DNA of 63,699 nucleotides, filler included, from Saprolegnia diclina VS20 (Eukaryota): NCBI RefSeq assembly GCF_000281045.1. It is 8 parts of 3 records of this genome, joined end to end, with 100 filler letters (N's around TTAATTAATTAA, not from the genome) between each part and the next. Parts side by side here need not be neighbours in the genome. Positions count along the whole stretch, not along the records: positions 1 to 4,342 come from NW_008246108.1; positions 4,443 to 26,552 come from NW_008246108.1; 6 more parts are not named here. One strand, given 5' to 3'. The position numbers and the translations under genes are program-made. The notes beneath the pieces were generated by a model. The model saw nothing but the letters and a program-made list of their open reading frames with translations, did no database searches and had not been told where the DNA came from. Numbering within the stretch: the stretch's first letter is position 1; each line of letters starts with the position of its first letter. Shown here piece after piece: positions 1 through 9,972 of the stretch.

Positions 1-422
1 TACGCCACTCCTGTCCTTGTACCGACGTCGTCGCAGAGGCGCGCGAACGCGTTGTGTGGGGTAGTATTGTCTGCGGGCGTTAAGGTCTTGAGCCAGAGAC
101 GCTCTCCATACACCACGCTCTTGTCCGAGTGTGAAGTGCAGCGTCAAAGCAAAGGAGATGGAGCGAGTTGGAGCCATAGACAGATCAGCTCGCATGCGCC
201 AGTGCGCAAGCTACTCGATGCGGTCGACGAGTTCCGAGTGCTGCATGGTACCGGACGCTGTCGATCGTGCAAGGCAAGCTTTCGCGACCAGCTGCAAGGT
301 GATCGCGATGGCAACGACTTGGGTGCCAAGAGCTCTCTCGGAAGGCTTTGATATCATCCCTGGCTTCTGCATTTGAGGTACTTGAATCATAACTTTGGTT
401 TACGATCAACATGCCTAAACGT

Positions 423-1370
423 CTAGGTTTCTACAAGGTCCCAGTGGCGCGTCGACGGCTGCCACCGATAGCGCTGCGCCGCACAGAGAATGGCCGACCG
501 CTCGTCGTTACCGAGGTCGAGGACGGCGTGTGCAGCCTCAAAGCGCGCCTTCAAGTCGGCAACAAACTTGGGGCCTTCGGCCGCGGGCGACGTCGAGAAG
601 CGTTGCAGGAGCTCGGCGTCCGAGAAGCCTTGTACATGGGCGAGGTACCGGCGCATGTGTGCGGCAGGGAGGTCCGACTCCATCCAAAACCTGCTGTACG
701 GGCCGACAACGCACTCGAGGGCCGGCTCGGCCTTGAGCACAAAGAGCGGCGTCGCATGCGTCGACGTCGTGCGCCGGAGAAAGTTGGGGCCGCGGTACGC
801 GCCGGGCGCGTAGTCGATGGGCGCAAGCTGGACATCGCCGTCCAGAGTTGTTGGTAGCGCGAGGAGGCCGCGGACCTTGGGCTGCGACGGCGACGACCCC
901 GGCACTGTGTTGGTCTTGCCGGTCGCCCAAAGGAGGATCGAAAAGGACACAGGTGCTGCGCGCATGGCGTCGACGATGCTCGCGATGATGCCGGCGCCGA
1001 CGCCGTCTTCGTCCACATAGCCGCCGACGACCGCGATGCGCGTGTCGACGTCGCCGACAGTCCGCTGCCAGTGCGCAAAGAGGAAGGCCACTTGCGCCGG
1101 CGAGTCGACGTGCGCGAGGCAAACGCAGGTTGTCGACTGGAGCACGAGGATGCAGCACGTCGTCGCGTCGTCAGAGGCCAGTGCGAGCGGCGCCGACGCG
1201 AACGAGTAGGCGACTTCGCCCTGCGCCACGTAGAGCTCGGGATAGCCGCGCGCGTAGCTCGCATCGTCGGTCGTCGCCAGCAGCGGCATGCTGAAGAAGG
1301 CGTCGGCCGCAGCCCAGAGCGCCGGCGAGGCTGCGATCACGTCCGCGGTCGTTGTCGCCGTCACCAGCAT
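423..1370 (-). CDS. NTAN1: Protein N-terminal asparagine amidohydrolase (N-degron pathway)
   Basis: Intronless ORF with LYVAQGE, LASDDATTCCILVL..CLAHVD and STSPAAEGPKFV, matching NTAN1 motifs (SDDATTC, STSPxAE). First ATG at 1370. Confidence 0.85.
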   Translation of the reverse strand: MLVTATTTADVIAASPALWAAADAFFSMPLLATTDDASYARGYPELYVAQGEVAYSFASAPLALASDDATTCCILVLQSTTCVCLAHVDSPAQVAFLFAHWQRTVGDVDTRIAVVGGYVDEDGVGAGIIASIVDAMRAAPVSFSILLWATGKTNTVPGSSPSQPKVRGLLALPTTLDGDVQLAPIDYAPGAYRGPNFLRRTTSTHATPLFVLKAEPALECVVGPYSRFWMESDLPAAHMRRYLAHVQGFSDAELLQRFSTSPAAEGPKFVADLKARFEAAHAVLDLGNDERSAILCAAQRYRWQPSTRHWDLVET

Positions 1371-1694
1371 CGCACAGGATTGTGACCATGCCAGCTGGCC
1401 ACGCTCTCGGCGCCACAAATAGCCACCTATAAATCCGACGTGCCATATTTAGTGTAACGTTTGTTCAACCACAACATTGAACGAGGTGCATCGAGCTGTC
1501 TGGCAGAGCTGTTTGGCAGAGCTAGCGCGCAGGAGCAGCAAGCGTGGCTCCTTCAACAGCTCGAGCGTCTGCATGCCTTGGCTTTCGGCAGTACAGCGGT
1601 CCAAGTGGCTGGCGACAGTACGCACGCCAGCTGGAAACGAGTCAACCTGTCCATTTGCTCCATTCACTCTTCCACTCGCCACCTACTGAGCATC

Positions 1695-2548
1695 ATGCTG
1701 CGTCCACTGACCTTCGCTGCGCTTCTCGCGCTGGTGACCGCGCAGCTCCAAGAGAAGAAGCTCTGCACGGCGACCGGGCTCATTGTCTCGGAGTACTACG
1801 GTCGCATCTTCACAGACTTGTTCCGACACAGCAACAATGAGCGCTTTCTGTACAACGCCACGGCCAAGTCCTTGATGACCAAGAGCAACGGCCAGTGCCT
1901 CGAGGCGCAGCCGTTGCCGCCGCACCCGTACTTTGCCTACGGCCTTCTCAAAACGGCGCCGTGCGATATCTCCAAGCAGATGCAGCAGTGGACGATCGAG
2001 AACGACCGCGTCTTCATCGCAGAGTCCACATCGCTGCCCGCCTACTGCCTCGAAGCGCACTCGATCTTCCAGCCTGGTTCGGACGCCGGCGTCGCGCCCT
2101 GCGACTTTGGCAAGGTCACCACCACCACCATGGTCGACTGCGCGACGGTCAAGACGACGTTTGTCGCCATCAAGACGCTCAAGAGTGGCAACCGCCTCAG
2201 CGAGTACTACTCGAACCTGTACGTCAACGCGCCGGCCAACAACTTTAACGAGCTCTTCACGTGGGACCAAGCCAACAAGATGCTCAAGGTCGCCAGCAAC
2301 AACCAGTGCTTGGACGCGTACAAGGACAGCGCCGATGGCAAGTTCAAGCTCCACACGTACGCGTGTGACGTCAACAACGTCAACCAAAATGGAACTTCAA
2401 CCCGAGCACCAAGACACTCGAGCACGCGACCCATGCTGGTCAGTGCCTGGACGCCGACCCGACGTACGCCGACCGCCACGCGCAAATGTGGGCGTGCACG
2501 CCCAACAACGTCAACCAGCAGTGGTCCATCGATACCTTCTTTGGGTAA
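1695..2548 (+). CDS. Secreted ricin-B-type lectin, with a 1-nt frameshift near 2388
   Basis: Signal peptide MLRPLTFAALLALVTA; C-x-D/E and QxW motifs; collinear with the paralogue at 3253-4110. Restoring one base in AACCAAAATGG gives KWNFNPSTKTLEH...QQWSIDTFFG* ending at 2548. Confidence 0.8.
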
Positions 2549-2744
2549 GCGACGTTGATACACCTTCCAGTCCTCAACCTGAAATACCCGACACCGAACG
2601 GGATGTTACGAGGTGGCCTTGCCACTCGACCGGAGATGCGAAGAAGCTTGCTGGGCAACATACTGTGTATTGACCCATCGTAAATCTTATATTACGGATG
2701 GAAGCCAAGTTGATGGGAAGACCACGGATATTGGACTGCAACCC

Positions 2745-2975
2745 AGTAGCGACCGTGCGCTGCCAATGCGCTTGGCAATACCTGGTCGACGATTGAAGCC
2801 AGAGGATGCAAGGAATCGTCGCGTCGTCCGAGGCGGCTTCGCCCAGCGCTACATAGAGAAGCACACATAGCTCGCATCGCCTGCGGTCGCCCGCAGCGCA
2901 GAGCGCCGGTCAGGCCGTCATCTCGTCGGCGGTTCTCACCACTGGCATCGCACGCCAGAATTTGCAGCCGATGCC
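2745..2975 (-). pseudogene. Degenerate duplicate of the NTAN1 5' region
   Basis: Translates to LYVALGEAASDDATIPCILWLQSSTRYCQAHWQRTV, a deleted version of NTAN1 LYVAQGE...ASDDATTCCILVLQST...HWQRTV. Confidence 0.75.
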
Positions 2976-3227
2976 ACAAATAGCCACCTCTAGATCTGAT
3001 ATGCCACATTTATCATGCTTGACCCAACGTATCGCATGAGGCCAGTCGGGCAGAGCTGCAGGAGCTGCTGGCTGGGCTTCTTCAAGTTGGCCGAGCATCT
3101 GTGCTCGACGCGCGCCATTCCAACGTGTAAGCTCGTCGTTGGCTTTATGGCGCCGAGCTGTTGAAGAGGCTGTGCTGTAGTAATCACGCCAGCTGCAGGA
3201 TGATCGTCCACACCAAGCTCATACCAT

Positions 3228-3244
3228 CTCATTCGTCAATTTGC
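3228..3244 (+). promoter_or_regulatory. Oomycete initiator + FPR core promoter
   Basis: CTCATTCGTCAATTTGC just upstream of the lectin ATG at 3253; fits the oomycete INR/FPR consensus. Confidence 0.55.
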
Positions 3245-3252
3245 CACACACC

Positions 3253-4110
3253 ATGCTACGCCCACTTGCCGTCGCCGCTGTCCTCGCGACTGCCGCCGCG
3301 CAGCTCCAAGAGAAGAAGCTCTGCACGGCGACCGGGCTCATTTTCTCCGAGTTTTACGGCAAGGTGTACACTGACGTGGTCCGCAACAACAACAACGAGG
3401 TCTTTGTGTACAACCCCACGGACAAGACGCTCATGGCCAAGAGCAACGGCGAGTGCCTCGAGGCGCAGCCGTTCCCGCCGCACCCGTACTTGGGCTACGG
3501 CGCTCTGGCCACGGCGCCATGCATCCCGTCCAAGCCCATGCAGCAGTGGACGATCCAGAACGACCGCGTCTTCATTGCCGAGCCTCCGAGTCACTCGCTG
3601 CCCGCGTACTGCATCGACGCGCACTCGATCTTCCAGCCCGGTGGCAACGTCGGCGTCGGGCCATGTGACTTTGACAAGGTGACGACCGCCACCGTGCTCG
3701 ACTGCAATGTGGCCAAGACCAAGTACGTCGCGCTCAAGACCCTCACGACCGGCAAGCGCCTCAGTGAGTTCTACTCGGGCCTCTATGCCAACGCGCCGGC
3801 CAACAACTACAACGAGATCTTTGTTTGGGACCAGCCCAACAAGATGTTCAAGGTCGCGACCAGCGGCCAGTGCTTGGACGCCTTCAGAGACCCGAAGAAG
3901 ATGTACCACGTGCACATGTGGGACTGCGACGTCAACAACAGCAACCAAAAGTGGAACTACAACCCGAGCACCAAGACATTGGAGCACGCGACGCACGTTG
4001 GCCAGTGCCTGCACGCCGACCCAACCTACGGCGACTTTCGCGCGCAGATCATGGCCTGCACACCCAACAACCCCCTGCAGCAGTGGACCATCGGCCCGCT
4101 CGTTGCTTGA
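3253..4110 (+). CDS. Secreted ricin-B-type lectin (intact paralogue)
   Basis: Signal peptide MLRPLAVAAVLATAAA; repeated GQCLD/ECLE and QQW/QKW ricin-B motifs. Confidence 0.85.
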   Translation: MLRPLAVAAVLATAAAQLQEKKLCTATGLIFSEFYGKVYTDVVRNNNNEVFVYNPTDKTLMAKSNGECLEAQPFPPHPYLGYGALATAPCIPSKPMQQWTIQNDRVFIAEPPSHSLPAYCIDAHSIFQPGGNVGVGPCDFDKVTTATVLDCNVAKTKYVALKTLTTGKRLSEFYSGLYANAPANNYNEIFVWDQPNKMFKVATSGQCLDAFRDPKKMYHVHMWDCDVNNSNQKWNYNPSTKTLEHATHVGQCLHADPTYGDFRAQIMACTPNNPLQQWTIGPLVA

Positions 4111-4342
4111 TACCTTGATACATTTCTCGTCAACATTCATTTATGGTACATAACGACGGGCTATGGGCGCGCCAATTAGCATAGTACGAGGAGACCTCAT
4201 ACCGGAGGGGTTGGTCAACGCCAAGGACGAGGCGGGACGGGGTGCTTTTGATGGTCATGCCACAACTAGTAGCGACGGGTGCCACAATTAGCCACCTCTC
4301 GATCCGATCCACCACATTTACCAGCATGGACACAACGCGTTG

Positions 4343-4442
4343 NNNNNNNNNNNNNNNNNNNNNNNNNNNNNNNNNNNNNNNNNNNNTTAATTAATTAANN
4401 NNNNNNNNNNNNNNNNNNNNNNNNNNNNNNNNNNNNNNNNNN
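4343..4442. other. Artificial contig spacer (N44-TTAATTAATTAA-N44)
   Basis: Six-frame stop linker inside N runs. Also at 26553-26652, 35168-35267, 47564-47663, 51406-51505, 60828-60927 and 62368-62467. Plain N gaps at 45811-45910 and 58484-58868. Confidence 0.97.
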
Positions 4443-4787
4443 TAGAAGCCATGGGCCGTCCGACGTACACTCGCGCTGGCGAGGCCAGAGTCCCACGCCT
4501 GTCGTTCGGGAATTGCTTGAAGCGAGCGCGAGGGTTGATGTGGGTACATACATGCACGACAGGCCGGGCGCCGACGCGCTGGCGGAAAGCGACATCGCAG
4601 CGATCCGTGCATCGTGCTGCGTCAACGACGGTGCTGCACGCGGCCTGTCGCCAGCTGTCCGACGCGTGGTCGGTTGTCGAAGGTGGGTGGCGCCATAAAT
4701 ATGCATTTTCACCCGTGAGCTCGAGTTTGCCCTTTCCCAACTTCAACGGGTCCTGGCTCTCGCAGTGATACACACGCGTGCTGTCGG

Positions 4788-5072
4788 ATGGAGGCGACCG
4801 CCGCCCATAGCATCCGCGCGGTCTCGCAGGTGACGGTGCCGCCGCTGCACCCGGCAGCGTACGTCGCTCTCTCGCTCTCGGTGCTCGCCATCTACCTCTG
4901 GCTCGTCCACGCCTTCGAGTCGTCCGTGCATCTCCACCAGAAGAAGGACCGCGCGTCGCTCATCGCGCGGCAGTTCTACCTCGAGCAGCGCAAGCGCCGG
5001 TCGCAGCATCCGCCACGCCTCGACGCCATCCCCGAAGAACGTCTCTCCAACACCACGTCAGCTGACGTCTAG
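4788..5072 (+). CDS. Small single-pass membrane protein, unknown function (94 aa)
   Basis: ATG-started ORF with coding-like GC3 bias; one hydrophobic helix (AAYVALSLSVLAIYLWLV) followed by a basic tail. Confidence 0.6.
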   Translation: MEATAAHSIRAVSQVTVPPLHPAAYVALSLSVLAIYLWLVHAFESSVHLHQKKDRASLIARQFYLEQRKRRSQHPPRLDAIPEERLSNTTSADV

Positions 5073-5099
5073 GGTGCAAGTCTAGTAATATTTAGCGCT

Positions 5100-6211
5100 T
5101 TATTTTGAGGCCGTCGGCTTGGGCTGCACCTCGAGCACATAGCCCTTCTGGAGGTCGGCGAGGCGGTACGGACCATACTCGACGCGGATGAGACGCTTGA
5201 CGATGAGTCGCACGTGGGCGAGCGCCTTGCGTACTTCGCGGTTCTATCATCAAGCGAAGCGCATTGTATGTTGTCGAGGGACTGAATGATCGTCGAATTA
5301 CCTTGCCTTCGCTGAGCTTGACCTTGAGCCACGAGTCCTTGTCCTTGGTCGACTCGATCGTCACTTGGATCGGGCGGTACTTGACGCCGTCGACGACTGC
5401 GCCCTTCTGCAGCTCGGCGATCTTGGACGGAAGCACCTGACCATAAGGCGAGAGGGTTAGTCTGCTGAAGTTATTGCGTCAACGAGTGGAGTGTACCTGG
5501 CCACGCACGAGCACGCGGTATGTGCGCTGCACTTCAAACTGCGGGTGCTCGAGCTCGCGGGCGTAGGCGCCGTCGTTCGTCAAGAGCAAAAGGCCTTCCG
5601 TGTTGAAGTCGAGGCGACCCTAGTCACGAAAGTCCATGCATTTGGTCGCAAAAGGCACGCAAGGAAGACGTACGACAGCCATAATGTGATGCTGCATGCC
5701 CATCTTCTTGAGCCGGTCCATGATGGTCGGGCGGCCTTGCGGGTCGTTGGTCGTCACAAGCTCCTGCGTTGGTGTGTGAGATCCCAGATCGTATTTGCTC
5801 AAGCTACGTACGCCCATGAGCTTGTGCGCGATCCAGACGCGGCGCTTGTCCTTGAACGTCACCGGCTTGTCGTCGACCGTGATCAAGTCGTCCATGGTAA
5901 CGTTGTGGGCGACGTTGTCGATCTAGCGGAGCGTGAAGTGGTGGCCATAGACTACGCGAAGTTACAAGAATGCCATTGACGGTGACACGGCCGTCTTGAA
6001 TGATCTTTTCGGCTTCGCGGCGCGAGCTCACGCCACTGAGCGCGAGCCGCTTGGCGAGGCGGAGGGCGTCGGTGGGCGCGATCGGGATGATCGGGCCTGT
6101 CGTCTTGGCTGAGATCTTATTGCGGTACTTGGTCTTCTCAGCGATCTGCTCGGGCGTGAGCTTCGTGCTCTTGATCGTGATGCAGCGGCGGAAGATGCGC
6201 GCGGCCAACAT
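5100..6211 (-). CDS. RsuA/RluB-family rRNA pseudouridine synthase with S4 domain, probably mitochondrial; multi-exon
   Basis: S4 motif [31 protein letters not shown]; spliced exons give the catalytic [17 protein letters not shown], then EGK/NREVRK and LIRVEYGPY. Arg-rich N-terminus resembles a transit peptide. Confidence 0.85.
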
Positions 6212-6895
6212 GGTCGAGGTGGCAGCAAATGAAGCAGTCTCGTTTCACTGGTCGCCATATCTACCAATGGCATCGCGCATTGCCAATGGAATGGATTTCA
6301 TTGGCAAATAAAGGATTATAAAACGCAGTCAAATCTAGGTCTTTATAGCCAATCCCGTTTGAATTGCTAGAGCAGCCGAACGCCAATTGGTTGAAATGGT
6401 GGCATTTCGCCATAGGAGCCAATCGATGGCATAACCGTAGATTTCTAACCGGTTTAAACGAGACTTCAATCCGCTTTGGCAAACTGAAACATCAAACTAG
6501 CCGATGATACAACCTGCTGCTTGAGCACTCCACTTCATGAGCTTGGAGGTCTCGTGCTTCTCGCAGCTCCGTCCATTCTGTAGCCGAGGGAGCCAACGCC
6601 TCAACATCCAGGTCCAACCGGTTTGCATTCGACACGGTTACAACTTATCGACTCGGCTTTCCATGTAGCCATGCCCGCTTCCTTTGATGCACGGCCTAGC
6701 GTTAACACACAGGGCGATCGATATGACTCGGCTTTGCCGGTACGCTACATGCGCATCCGTGTGTTCTACCGTTGCCGCCCCACCGGGTAGTCAACCGAGA
6801 CCACGAAGCTACCGACTAGGATTATCCAACCGGTTGTCGAACGGTCTGTCCGGATACACTATCCGGGCCGAAGATCGGCGCATCGGGCGGCAGGC

Positions 6896-8685
6896 ATGAG
6901 CGACGAGGAAGAGTACGAGTTCGAGTACAGCGACGAAGATGACATGGGCGACGTCCAGGACGAGGAGTCGGTCGAGGTCCGCCTAGAGAACCAGTACTAC
7001 GTGGCGAAGGGTCTCAAGGAGGACTGCGCGCCGGCGGACGACGGCCTCGCGGTGGACGCGGCCTTCGCCGAGGTGCTGGCGCTCGACGACGACGGCGAAA
7101 GCATCTGGGGCTTCCGCGCGCTCAAGCAGCTCATCAAGTGGCAGCTCCGGCGCCACCGGCTCGAGGCGGCCATGGGCCACTACGAAGCGCTGCTCAAGCG
7201 CATCTCGACGTCCGCGACCATCACGCGCAACATGGGTGAGAAGGGCGTTAATGGCATCCTCGACTTTGTCTCCAACACGCCGCATGCTAGCAGCACCGCA
7301 GCGTCGTCCGGTGCGCTTCGCCGATCGATAGCCCCTGGCGATCCACCTCGTCTTCGACTAGTAGATGACACGAGCTGGTCGATCCTCCAACAGTTCTACG
7401 AGAAGACGCTCGAGACGCTCCAGAAGAAGGAAACGCGCAACGAGCGCCTCTGGTAGCTCTCATATGGACGTTGCTTGGTCTCATGCTCGAGACGGCGTAG
7501 GTTCAAGACGAACCTCAAGCTCGGGAATGTGCTCTTTGAGCAGATCGAGGCTGCGCCGGACGCGGCCAAGCACCTCCGCCTCTTCCAGATTGTCAAGGAG
7601 CTCCTCGCGTCCTGCGACGCCCTCGACACGGACGTGGACGACGAGAACGGGCCGAATCTCAACGTCAAAAAAGACTCGCAGCTCCTCGAGGTGTATGCCC
7701 TTCAGATTCAGCTCTACACAGCGCAGAAGGACAACAAGAAGCTCGACGAGCTGTACGAGAAGGCGCTGCGCGTCAAGCCCGGCGTCGCCCACCCGCGCAT
7801 CATTGGCGTCATCCGCGAGTGCGGCGGGAAGATGCACATGATGCAGGAGGCGTGGGACTTGGCGCGAAGCGACTTTTTCGAGGGCTTCAAGAGCTACGAC
7901 GAGGCTGGTGAGCCGCGCCGTCTCCAGTGCCTCAAGTATCCACTCCTCGTATTGGATCGTTTGTGGATACTCATGGGATACATTCGGATAGGTATCTTGT
8001 GCTGGCCAACATGCTCAGCGACTCGAAGATCAACGTGTTTGACTCGCAAGAGGCCAAGCCATACGAGAACGACAAGGCGATCTCGGCCATGACCGAGCTC
8101 ACGGACGCCTTCTTGCACAACGACATTCGCGCGTTCGGTATGCTCGTCAATTCCCGTATCGTATCAAGTTGATACTGTTGTAGAATCGATTCTCAAGCGC
8201 CATCATGACAACATTATGGGAGACGGCTTCTTGAAGCAGTACATTACGAACCTCCTCAAGACCATCCGCAGCAAGGTAAGGTATCCTCGATCGCACCGCG
8301 GCTGATAGCAACTAGGTCTTGCTCAAGCTCGTCAAACCGTACCAGATGGTCCATCTCTCCCACTTGGCCGCGGTTGGATCCCTTGTCCTCTTTGAGAATT
8401 TAGAAATGGACGATGCGAGTAGGAGCTCAACGGCATCTCGGAGCGCGACGTTGAAGAGCTCTGCGCGTCGCTCATCTTGGAAGGTCGCCTCGTCGGTCAA
8501 ATCGACCAGATCCAGGGCCGCCTAGTGCTACCGTACATGACTACACACTAGATTCTGGTGTCGCTCACGACTAAGGTACTAGGCGACGCAAGGCCGAAAG
8601 CACCAAAACGTACATGGCGCTCGACGACTGGAGTAGCAAGCTCGACAAGCTCCGAGGACTTCTGAACCAAAAACAAGTCGACTAA
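6896..8685 (+). CDS. CSN2: COP9 signalosome subunit 2 (PCI domain); multi-exon
   Basis: MSDEEEYEFEYSDE, LENQYY.AKGLKE, WGFRALKQ, FKTNLKLG, LLEVYALQIQLYT, IIGVIRECGGKMH, FDSQEAKPY. Confidence 0.92.
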
Positions 8686-8909
8686 GCGCGGACTATCGAT
8701 ATCCCGTACGAGTCGACTAAGTATCCATACCAACACGACCATTTTGTTCTATAAACGCTATCCTTCTTTGTTAGTAGCTTGAGCAAGGTGCCATCGCGAA
8801 TCAAGGAACCGATATGGGGTTAGGGTAGGGCTAGGGTTCGTGAACCGCGGACCTGCTAGATAGATGGATAGATAGATAGATCATCCAAACGACACAAGGA
8901 TTAATGGCC

Positions 8910-9839
8910 TTAGGGCAAGCCCACAAGTCGCTGCATTTTCTCCTGCACAAACGCGTGAAAGGTAATTGGCGGGTACTTGGCCCCATGGGTGATGTGCTCG
9001 CAGCTCGGAATGCACTCGATGGTGGCGTCGCCATTGAGCATGATGAAGCAAGCGATGCTCTTGCGGAGTCCGTGGCCGCCGTCGACGCGATGGGGCGTCG
9101 CGACCCACGCGTCGTTGGTCCAGCGCTGGAGCACGTCGCCAAGGTTGACAAAGAGCCCGTTCGGCTGCGCGTTCACCGGCACCCAAGCGTCGCTGCTCCG
9201 CGTCTGCACCAAGAGCGCATCACGCGTCGCGTCCAAGTTCAAGATCGTGAATGGCACCGAGTCCGTGTGCTCGGCAAAGCGGCGGCGAGACGACGACGGT
9301 GGGTAGTAGTTGAGCTTGACCGAGTCGGGCGCCGTCGACGTCCGCGATGCAAAGTACGTTACATCGACGTCTAGCGCCATCGCAAAGTGGCCAAAGAGCG
9401 TTTTCGAGAGGGCTTTCATCGCCGCGTAGTACGCCTCCATGGTCGCCTGGAAGCCCTCGACGGGCGGCCACACGTTGGGGCGACCGTGCACGTCGACCGC
9501 CGGATCGACGATCGCCGGGTTGGAGAACGCAAACTTCTCGACCGGGTCGTTGGGCTCGCCGCGTCGGCCCATGAAAGCGGCGACGTTCTCGGTGCCAAAG
9601 CTCGAGTAGCCGCGGTCGTCGGCGGCGTTGGCTGGCGTGCACTGCTGCTTCTGTGGTAGCGGGAGCGTAAAGAAGGCGTCCATGGCCTCCCAGACGTCGG
9701 CGAGAAGACGAGGCGAGATGCCATGCTGCACGAGGTGGAAGCAGCCGGACGTGGTGCAGGCCGCTGCAATGTCCCGCGCGACCACCTCCGCGGGCTGCGA
9801 GAGGTCGACGATCGCCAGGCCGTCGGCGTCTGTCATCAT
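8910..9839 (-). CDS. 2OG-Fe(II) oxygenase, isopenicillin-N-synthase-like (DIOX_N + 2OG-FeII_Oxy)
   Basis: ACTTSGCFHLVQHGI, HTD iron ligands, VNLGDVLQRWTND, distal HRV and RKS co-substrate motif. Confidence 0.88.
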   Translation of the reverse strand: MMTDADGLAIVDLSQPAEVVARDIAAACTTSGCFHLVQHGISPRLLADVWEAMDAFFTLPLPQKQQCTPANAADDRGYSSFGTENVAAFMGRRGEPNDPVEKFAFSNPAIVDPAVDVHGRPNVWPPVEGFQATMEAYYAAMKALSKTLFGHFAMALDVDVTYFASRTSTAPDSVKLNYYPPSSSRRRFAEHTDSVPFTILNLDATRDALLVQTRSSDAWVPVNAQPNGLFVNLGDVLQRWTNDAWVATPHRVDGGHGLRKSIACFIMLNGDATIECIPSCEHITHGAKYPPITFHAFVQEKMQRLVGLP

Positions 9840-9972
9840 GCCAATTCGAACATGAAAATGATCGGTGCTACAACCGATCTGATTGGATGGTGACTTTGAA
9901 AGGCTATTCTTTTTGGCCAATCCAAAGCAGCGAAATCTTGCCACCTGCCAGTCAGAACAGGACAACGGGCCA

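Noticed and set aside
4387..4398. TTAATTAATTAA recurring seven times as a biological repeat
   Set aside because: Always centred in a fixed 100-nt N block; an artificial six-frame-stop linker.
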